From assembly GCA_963733055.1 (NCBI GenBank), contig CAVTBR010000003.1, positions 288,001 through 352,000 of the forward strand: 64,000 bases of DNA, in the 5' to 3' direction. The position numbers and the translations under genes are program-made. Source of the DNA: Candidatus Bathyarchaeota archaeon (GTDB lineage: Archaea > Thermoproteota > Bathyarchaeia > 40CM-2-53-6). The notes beneath the pieces are model-generated. The model was given only the letters and a program-made list of their open reading frames with translations. It was not told where the DNA came from and ran no database searches. This document shows positions 39,917 to 47,086 of the stretch, one piece after another. Within the stretch, counting starts at the first letter, position 1. The number at the start of each line of letters is the position of its first letter.

Positions 39917-40684
39917 TTACGTTGACTTTTTTGGAGCTCGCGAACTAGTACTTGTCCGCGCTTTCCTGAGTTCGTCTCGGACTCCTTGCATGAGGAAGGT
40001 TAGGTCAACTCCAATGCATATCAGTTTGAAGCCTTTCTCAACGGCTTGCTCAACCGGGCCTATGGGCGCTAAGAGTCCTGGTGCTACGCCATGGTTTTCG
40101 CAGCTTGATACAATCAATTCGACTGCTTTCTGGAAAACTGGACTATTGAAGTCGCGAAAGGTGTCGAGTGCAATCGACAAGTCATAAGGCCCGCAAAAAA
40201 CTGCGCTTATTCCCTCCGTCGTGACGATTTCTTCGATGTTTTGAAGAGCGAGTTTCGTTTCTATCTGCGGTATGACCATGACCTCAGCATCCGCTGTTTC
40301 CGCATATTCAGGATCTCTGAGGCCAGCGCGCCCACCCCAACTTCTCGACCCCGAATATCTCGCGGCTCTAACGGCCATCTCCGCTTCCTTACCCGTGTTC
40401 ACGAGGGGAACGATTACGGCCTTGGCGCCTAAGTCTAGAACCTTGTTGATCAGACTAGGGTCATTTGAGGGTACTCTCACTATTGGGATAGTGTCAGAAT
40501 AACTCATGGCTTGGATCAAGTTAGCAACTGTTTGCGTGTCAAGCACTGAATGTTGGATATCGAAATTCACCCAGTCTAAACCAAGGTTTCCAAGTGCATA
40601 GGGTACTTCTGGGCTTGATATTCCGAATGTAACACCGAAAGTAATTTGCCCATTCTTCAATTGTGACTTCAACTGATTTTTCAT
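39917..40684 (-). CDS. HpcH/HpaI (GarL-like) class II aldolase
   Basis: DW..FD.QH, IVRVP, LD.GA..VIVP.V, QIET, F.GP.DLS. Confidence 0.9.
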   Translation of the reverse strand: MKNQLKSQLKNGQITFGVTFGISSPEVPYALGNLGLDWVNFDIQHSVLDTQTVANLIQAMSYSDTIPIVRVPSNDPSLINKVLDLGAKAVIVPLVNTGKEAEMAVRAARYSGSRSWGGRAGLRDPEYAETADAEVMVIPQIETKLALQNIEEIVTTEGISAVFCGPYDLSIALDTFRDFNSPVFQKAVELIVSSCENHGVAPGLLAPIGPVEQAVEKGFKLICIGVDLTFLMQGVRDELRKARTSTSSRAPKKST

Positions 40685-40813
40685 GTGTCAGCAATCACTC
40701 TTTCAACACTATTGCTGAGTTGAATCATGAATATGATGCATCACGTTGTTCCGAATTATGGTAGTAAGGGGTTGAGCTTAAACACACCCCGTGCGACCTC
40801 AGCTCGAAAACTC

Positions 40814-41710
40814 ATGAATCGCAAAATTGGATTAATTGGCCTCGGAATCATGGGAAAACCGATGGCCCGTAATCTCCTGAAGGCCGGATACGAGTTAACA
40901 GTTTTTGACATAGTCGAGGCTTCACTGAAGGAGCTCGCAAATCAAGGCGCCAAAATTTCCCATTCTTCAAAAGAACTGGCGCAGCAGAACGATATAGTAA
41001 TCACGATGCTCCCTGACTCCCCGGATGTTGAAAAGGCAGCTTTTAGCCCGGGTGGAATTTTTGAAGGTATTAGATCGGGTTCCACGTTTATCGATATGAG
41101 TACCATCTCGCCGATTACGACAAGAAAATTGGCTGAGGCGGCCAAGAGCCGCGGTGTGCGCATCCTCGACGCCCCCGTTAGCGGAGGGGAGAAAGGAGCC
41201 ATAGATGCTACGCTGACCATAATGGTCGGCGGCGAAAGGGATGTTTTCGATGATTGCCGCTCTGTACTCGAGACCATGGGAAAGAACATCGTCTATTGCG
41301 GCGGATCGGGCGCTGGCCAAGTGGTAAAAGCATGCAACCAGATTTTGGTAGCAGGGGTTTTGGAGTCTGCAAGCGAAGCTCTCGTCCTTGGAGCCAAGGC
41401 CGGGGTCGATCCGGAGATTGTTCTTAAAGTCATAGCGGGCGGGTATGCCATGCGCGTGCTCGACGTCAGAGGTCCTCTCATGCTGAAAAGGGACTTCAAA
41501 CCTGGCTTCAAGACAAGATTGCATTACAAGGACTTGGGAATCGCTCTCGCGACCGGATCGGAATACGGCGTCCCTCTGCCCGTTACCAGCCTAATACGTG
41601 AAATGATGAATTCGATGAAGACCTCCGATCGAGGCGATTACGATCACTCAGGGATCATCACAGTTCTGGAAGGCCTTGCGAAGTATGAGGTCAAGAAGAG
41701 CAACGCGTAG
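40814..41710 (+). CDS. garR: 2-hydroxy-3-oxopropionate (tartronate semialdehyde) reductase / beta-hydroxyacid dehydrogenase
   Basis: IGLIGLGIMGKPMARNL, TMLPDSPDV, DMSTISP, LDAPVSGG, GAGQVVKACNQ, F.PGF...LH.KDL; ATG at 40814. Confidence 0.88.
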   Translation: MNRKIGLIGLGIMGKPMARNLLKAGYELTVFDIVEASLKELANQGAKISHSSKELAQQNDIVITMLPDSPDVEKAAFSPGGIFEGIRSGSTFIDMSTISPITTRKLAEAAKSRGVRILDAPVSGGEKGAIDATLTIMVGGERDVFDDCRSVLETMGKNIVYCGGSGAGQVVKACNQILVAGVLESASEALVLGAKAGVDPEIVLKVIAGGYAMRVLDVRGPLMLKRDFKPGFKTRLHYKDLGIALATGSEYGVPLPVTSLIREMMNSMKTSDRGDYDHSGIITVLEGLAKYEVKKSNA

Positions 41711-41945
41711 CAAGCGAACGATCTGCATCATCGGCTAACAACAGTCGTTGTAGTAGCCGCAATTCCAACACTTTGACCTGGTCTTACTACCCGAAACAAA
41801 GTCAAGAGGCCCGCCACAATTCGGACAGTCCGAAAGAGACATAGAGGGTCAGACAGGGCGATCTTTGAGGAAGAACAATAAAAGTTCAATTTGGGCAAAT
41901 TAGCGAAGTATTATCTTTACGAGAAAGCGTACTGATACCCTCAGA

Positions 41946-42290
41946 GTGAACGCTTTGCCCACGATATGCTCAATGTGTGGAACCGAAAACCGAGACGCCG
42001 CGAACTATTGCTTATTGTGTGGTAGCTCTGTTGTTGTTTCACCGAACCAGGCTTCCAGACCGAGCTTCTGCAACTTCCATCCGCAAACAATCGCCCAAGT
42101 ATATTGCTCTCAATGTGGGATCCCAATATGTTTGACTTGTGCTAGGTATGGCGTCGAGTCAGTCTACTGCCCCCCTTGCCATCAAAGCCGATTCCATTCA
42201 ATAATAAGACCCATTATCGTTGGACCTAGGCCATGGATTACTTATCCAACGACCCCAACGATCCGCCAACAGCGCGGATATTTCCGGTAA
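41946..42290 (+). CDS. Small cytoplasmic zinc-ribbon + B-box-like zinc-finger protein
   Basis: CSMCG..N...ANYCLLCG, then C..H......C..CG..IC..C......YC..C. Confidence 0.7.
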   Translation: MNALPTICSMCGTENRDAANYCLLCGSSVVVSPNQASRPSFCNFHPQTIAQVYCSQCGIPICLTCARYGVESVYCPPCHQSRFHSIIRPIIVGPRPWITYPTTPTIRQQRGYFR

Positions 42291-42405
42291 CCGGATCGCT
42301 TGACTCAAGATGAATTTGGCTCAGCCTTTGGCAAAGGCAGCGTAGGACGGTTGCCGTGACCTAGCCCAAAGTCAGAGCCGTTCGTCGATCCAGATCGGTT
42401 TCTGA

Positions 42406-43728
42406 TCATTCGGTTGAAGTCGAGTGGTTAAGGAGTCTTCGCCGCAACATGGTCACGACTGCTATCCCTAGAAGTAGGCCCGAGAGCAATGCTTCAATTG
42501 GGAACCCTGGTATCGCTGGCGCATTCGATGGACCGACTCCAAACGTAGCGGAAGCAGAATCCCCGGTTGAACCTATCGCGGTAACCGTATAAAATCCGGC
42601 TGCGACGTTTCCCGCAACGAATGATCCAGACAGTGTTCCTCCTGAGATTGAGCATGTCGCAGAGCTTACGGCGGAGCCCGAAAGTGAACAGGATGTGTCG
42701 CTTGTCGAGAAACCGGAACCCGACACCTGGATCGTAGTTCCTGGAATTACAGAATTTGTGTTGAGTACAATTGCCGGAGTCAGGGTGGCCGTAACGGTTA
42801 AGACTTGTTGGGCGAAGTCTCCTTGACTTGCTGCGCATGGGTTGTTGCCTGAGCAGCCGGTTACCTCTATCACATACTGGCCAGCTGCAACGTTACCCAC
42901 AACGAAACTTCCGTGAATTCCTTCTGTCCCTGAAGTCACAGAGCAACCAGAATTTGTCACTACGTTGGGGCTTGGACTTGTGATGGAACAGGCTTGGTCT
43001 GACAACTGGAACCCTGTTCCGCTGACTGAGATATCAGTGCCCGGAACTCCGGTCGCGGGGCTGAGGGTGATCAGAGGGCCGCCAGTAACGGTAAACACTT
43101 GCTGGGCGAAATCGCCCGCACTGGGACTGCAACCATTATTGCCAATACATGCCGTGACTTCAATTACGTAGTCGCCGGGCGAAACGTTGCCCACTATGAA
43201 GGTTCCACTGCCCGAACCGTTGCTGACAACGCACGCGGAAAGTGTCACAACGTTACCCGTCGGACTTGAAATTGAGCAGCTCGTATCGTTCGTAGGAACA
43301 TTACTGAAAGTGAAGGTAACTTCGTTACCAACAGAACCGGAGGTTGGGTTTAGAGAGAACGACAAGCCGTTCACTTGGAACGAGGTTTGGACGGAATCAC
43401 CCTTTGATTGTCCGGTCACGGTGATTATGTATGAGCCCGGGGGGGTGTATTGCTTGATCGTGAATGTGAAAGTCCCTGAACCGCCACTCACCGAGCAGGA
43501 TGAAGGGTTGTAGACGGGTGTCCCTGCAACGGTGCAGGTCGTGTCGCTTGAATCGTAGCCTGAAAGCGTGACGGTTACTAAAGTTCCAGGAATTCCGCTA
43601 GAAGGGTCAAAGCTAACCGACGGAGTTGCTTGAACATTGATTACGGCTTGCGCTGAGATCAACGTGATAATTCCTAGAGCGAAGAGCGCAATAACGTACC
43701 TGAAGCACCGTCTGGTTTGCAAACGCAA
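42406..43728 (-). CDS. Secreted Ser/Thr/Gly/Cys-rich protein with four Ig-like repeats and an IPGFP sorting signal
   Basis: Signal peptide; four ~95-aa repeats (P.SG..GT...SG....D..C.....C....G.F.V.N...G.Y...V); ends AIPGFP-TM-RRR. Confidence 0.85.
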   Translation of the reverse strand: MRLQTRRCFRYVIALFALGIITLISAQAVINVQATPSVSFDPSSGIPGTLVTVTLSGYDSSDTTCTVAGTPVYNPSSCSVSGGSGTFTFTIKQYTPPGSYIITVTGQSKGDSVQTSFQVNGLSFSLNPTSGSVGNEVTFTFSNVPTNDTSCSISSPTGNVVTLSACVVSNGSGSGTFIVGNVSPGDYVIEVTACIGNNGCSPSAGDFAQQVFTVTGGPLITLSPATGVPGTDISVSGTGFQLSDQACSITSPSPNVVTNSGCSVTSGTEGIHGSFVVGNVAAGQYVIEVTGCSGNNPCAASQGDFAQQVLTVTATLTPAIVLNTNSVIPGTTIQVSGSGFSTSDTSCSLSGSAVSSATCSISGGTLSGSFVAGNVAAGFYTVTAIGSTGDSASATFGVGPSNAPAIPGFPIEALLSGLLLGIAVVTMLRRRLLNHSTSTE

Positions 43729-43877
43729 TCATTCACATAGCAGAAAAACACTGAAGATAAACCTAACCGGCAAAGTAGTCAGATACGTGTCACTTTCCGA
43801 ATCAATTACGTCTGATTGTTAGCAGCACGTTGCGTTGAGGCGGGAACGTACTTGCCGTATGTGAACCCTAAAACGTT

Positions 43878-44102
43878 TCAGAGATGACTGACCGGCGTCT
43901 CCTCTTGTTTCCTAGCTACATAAAACGCGATTATCCCGGCTAGTACTGTGGGAAGGTAAACAATCGCTATTTCAAAGTCCAATGCAAGGAACGGGCTGTT
44001 CATGAGGCGCATCGTGAGCATCCATAATGAGACTAGGAGCAGGATTACGAACGCGTAGCGCCAAGTTTTTTTGTCTTCGTCGTGGGGCGTCGAATTTGTC
44101 AA
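43878..44102 (-). CDS. Small two-TM membrane protein
   Basis: Two hydrophobic helices; TTG at 44102 just after the rpo6 stop. Confidence 0.6.
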   Translation of the reverse strand: MTNSTPHDEDKKTWRYAFVILLLVSLWMLTMRLMNSPFLALDFEIAIVYLPTVLAGIIAFYVARKQEETPVSHL

Positions 44103-44109
44103 TCCCGGC

Positions 44110-44412
44110 TCAGTATCCGGCTTCTTCTCTCTCGCCTTCAAGTAACGTTGTGAGCGGGATGTTCATGCTCGTACCGTCGGGCAAGGACCTTCGTATGCTG
44201 ATCGGGAGGGCTTCTTCCTGAAGTTCAAGCTCGGCAAGTTCGATTGGTGACTTTAACGATTCGGGAACATCGAGCAATACTGGTGCGCCCATCGAAATCT
44301 GCAGGGCTCTCGCACCGACGACCCTGGCTCGTTCGAAACGCGTGAGTTTCTTGGGGCCGATCAGTTGGACCGATGCTTTTCTAGGACTCGCCTTCTCCCT
44401 CTTCTTTACCAC
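44110..44412 (-). CDS. rpoK: DNA-directed RNA polymerase subunit Rpo6 (K/omega)
   Basis: LTRFERARVVGARALQISMGAP, A..EL....LP.SIRR.LPDG; probable GTG start at 44412. Confidence 0.95.
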   Translation of the reverse strand: MVKKREKASPRKASVQLIGPKKLTRFERARVVGARALQISMGAPVLLDVPESLKSPIELAELELQEEALPISIRRSLPDGTSMNIPLTTLLEGEREEAGY

Positions 44413-46027
44413 TTTCTGGCCCCTTTGGTGCTCCGCTTTCCTTCGATTTGGACGATGCAATGACGTCGTCGATCTTCAAGATCATGCAGGCCGCTTCGCT
44501 GGCAGATTTCAGAGCCTGCACCTTTACCGCAAGGGGCTCATAAACTTCGAGTTTCGCCAAATCCGCAACCTTCCCCCCTATCGGATCGATACCTACCCAC
44601 TTCGACTTCGCTTGGTGCTTCGCCCTAACCGCCATCAACGAATCAATCGGATCCATTCCCCCATTCTCCGCAAGAGACAGGGGGATAATTTCCAGCGCGT
44701 CGGCGAATGCTTGAACTGCTAACTGCTCCTTTCCCGAGAGTTTCTGGCTGTAGGCTCTGACCATTCGAGAGACCTCCGCCTCAATGGATCCCCCACCTGC
44801 AACAACGAAAGGCTCAACGACGACGTCCCGAACAACACATAACGCATCGTGAATGGCACGTTCAGCTTCGTCTACCACGCGTTCTGTGCCTCCGCGGACG
44901 AGTATGCTAACTGCCTTCGGATTCTTGCAACCCTCCACGAAGGTCATTTTGTCATCGGATACTTTTCTTTCTTCAACGAGACCCGCTTGCCCTAAGTCGG
45001 AGGGCTTCATACCTTCAAGTTGAGAGAGTATGCGTCCCCCTGTAGCTCTGACCAGTTTCTCCATGTCAGACTGCTTTACGCGTCTTACGGCCAGGATGCC
45101 TTTCTTTGCCATGAAGTGTTGGGCTACGTCATCAATGCCTTTCTCGCAAATTGCAACGTTCGCGCCGGAATGTGCGATCTTGTCCACCATATCTCTGAGG
45201 ATCTTCTCTTCCTCGTCCAGAAAGCCTTTCATTTGATCCGGGTTCTGGATGTTCAGTTTCGCATCAAACTCAGGCTTCTCAACTTCAAGTGGACAGTTGA
45301 TGAGGGCAATCTTCGCCTTCTCAACCCGTTTCGGCATGCCTGGGTGCACGACCTCCTTGTCTAGAAGAACACCTTGAATCAAGACAGTGTCGGTTAACGC
45401 GGCGCCAGGTTTCTTCTCGACTTTGATGTCCTCGACATCCGCCTTGTACACCTTTCCCGACTTTTCGGCGACCTCCATAACGGCACGCAGTGCCATGTCT
45501 GCGATGAGGTCTTTGTAGTCGGAAAGGAGCTTGCTGGCAAGCGCTGTCTTAGCGACTTTCTTGAGCATCACCTTATCGTTCGGTTTAACTTTGATCGCGA
45601 GTCTGCGCAGAAATTCTAGCGCTTTTGCGCTCGCTATTTGATAGCCGTCGACGACTACGGTAGGGTGAACGTCCCTGTCGATCAGGGTTTGGGCTTTCGT
45701 TAACAACTCTCCCGCTAGAACAACAGCTGTAGTGGTCCCGTCCCCGACCTCATCGTCCTGAGTCTTGGCCACTTCAACTAGCATCTTGGCGGCCGGGTGT
45801 TGAACCTCCATTTCATCAAGAATCGTGGCACCATCATTGCTTATCGTCACATCGCCAAACCCATCAACCAACATCTTATCCATACCCTTCGGTCCGAGAG
45901 AGGATCGAATAGATTCAGCGACGACCAACGCCGCGGTAATGTTAGCGTGTGTGGCGTCGCGACCTTGAGACCTCGACGTCCCCTCTTTCAGGATAATCGT
46001 CTGTTGACCACCAATATTCCTTGACAG
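44381..46027 (-). CDS. ths: Thermosome (group II chaperonin) subunit
   Basis: LGPKGMDKMLVD, NDGATIL, GDGTTT, GGG..E, ILKIDDVI; conserved N-terminus (GQQTIILKEGTSR..GRDA) extends in frame to CTG at 46027. Confidence 0.97.
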   Translation of the reverse strand: MSRNIGGQQTIILKEGTSRSQGRDATHANITAALVVAESIRSSLGPKGMDKMLVDGFGDVTISNDGATILDEMEVQHPAAKMLVEVAKTQDDEVGDGTTTAVVLAGELLTKAQTLIDRDVHPTVVVDGYQIASAKALEFLRRLAIKVKPNDKVMLKKVAKTALASKLLSDYKDLIADMALRAVMEVAEKSGKVYKADVEDIKVEKKPGAALTDTVLIQGVLLDKEVVHPGMPKRVEKAKIALINCPLEVEKPEFDAKLNIQNPDQMKGFLDEEEKILRDMVDKIAHSGANVAICEKGIDDVAQHFMAKKGILAVRRVKQSDMEKLVRATGGRILSQLEGMKPSDLGQAGLVEERKVSDDKMTFVEGCKNPKAVSILVRGGTERVVDEAERAIHDALCVVRDVVVEPFVVAGGGSIEAEVSRMVRAYSQKLSGKEQLAVQAFADALEIIPLSLAENGGMDPIDSLMAVRAKHQAKSKWVGIDPIGGKVADLAKLEVYEPLAVKVQALKSASEAACMILKIDDVIASSKSKESGAPKGPESGKEEGEGES

Positions 46028-46140
46028 CCCTCAAAGCCTCCGCTATGAACAACTAAGCCCAGCAAGGAACTGATTTCATATAAATTTTACTAAAAGTAAC
46101 AACGAAGGCGAGAGACTTACAGCCTCATTCCCGAACGCAG

Positions 46141-46992
46141 TTAGCCCACTGACGCACCGCATTTCTTGCAGAACTTCGCCTTTGGCGGGAGTTTCGCTCC
46201 GCATTTCGGGCATGTGGATTCTGGTGACGTTTTCCCTCTTTTAGATTTGGACTTTAACATGAATACCGCGACTGCAATGATGATAATGATTATCAGAGCA
46301 GGAATTGCAACCCAAGTCATGTCGCCTGACGTGGGCAGAACATTCTGGCTTGACACTCCTTGTGTCTGATACAAAGTAAGGGTCTCAGTCGCCGCGGTCG
46401 TGAGGGCGTTTTCAATCGTGGCGTAGACATAATTGGTTACTGTCGTGGCGACTGGCTGTGAGACTAGCAATATATGCACGTTGGGGGATTGTCCAACAAC
46501 GAAGTTCTCCGCGAGGAACCAATAAGTGCCAGAAGTCGGCGGTGTCCATTGCCAACTAATTGTCGTCGCGGGCCCAAGGTCAGCCAACGTCGCGATGTTG
46601 TTGTCATCAGGATTACAGTATGGCGTCGGCAATGAGTTCCAGGTTTGGTAGTCCACATCTCTCAAAAGAAACAGCTGTATGTTTGAAGTTGCGGTAATGT
46701 TACCAGCAATTTGCTCCCCCGCGGTCACGTCGAAGTTCAATGGGGAAATGTAGCAGGCCCGGCCACTAGTAGGGGCGGTTATTTGCAGGGTTCTATCCAG
46801 AATCGTTGGGCTGACGGTTGTTGTTTGGTAGTTCGCGCCTGAGGTGACGACACTGTATTGGGTTGCGGAACTCTCGCTTGTCACGGTTGTGACCGTGCTA
46901 AGTGTAGTGATACTCTGGGCGAAACTTGGTCTTACCGCAAAAACAATTGTAACTAGCAGAAGCAGCGAAATGCAAATTCGTTGAAATCGCAT
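46141..46992 (-). CDS. Surface protein: signal peptide, Thr-rich linkers and beta ectodomain, TM, cytoplasmic zinc ribbon
   Basis: Signal peptide; P.SGTYWF..EN; TM; CPKCG...AKFCKKCG. Confidence 0.8.
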   Translation of the reverse strand: MRFQRICISLLLLVTIVFAVRPSFAQSITTLSTVTTVTSESSATQYSVVTSGANYQTTTVSPTILDRTLQITAPTSGRACYISPLNFDVTAGEQIAGNITATSNIQLFLLRDVDYQTWNSLPTPYCNPDDNNIATLADLGPATTISWQWTPPTSGTYWFLAENFVVGQSPNVHILLVSQPVATTVTNYVYATIENALTTAATETLTLYQTQGVSSQNVLPTSGDMTWVAIPALIIIIIIAVAVFMLKSKSKRGKTSPESTCPKCGAKLPPKAKFCKKCGASVG

Positions 46993-47086
46993 GCTGCCAG
47001 ACTATTCGGCATTGCTTAAGTAATTTTCCATGTGCCGCGAACGGTAGGTAAAGTATATGATTCGTGATTACGATTGCTCTGAACAT

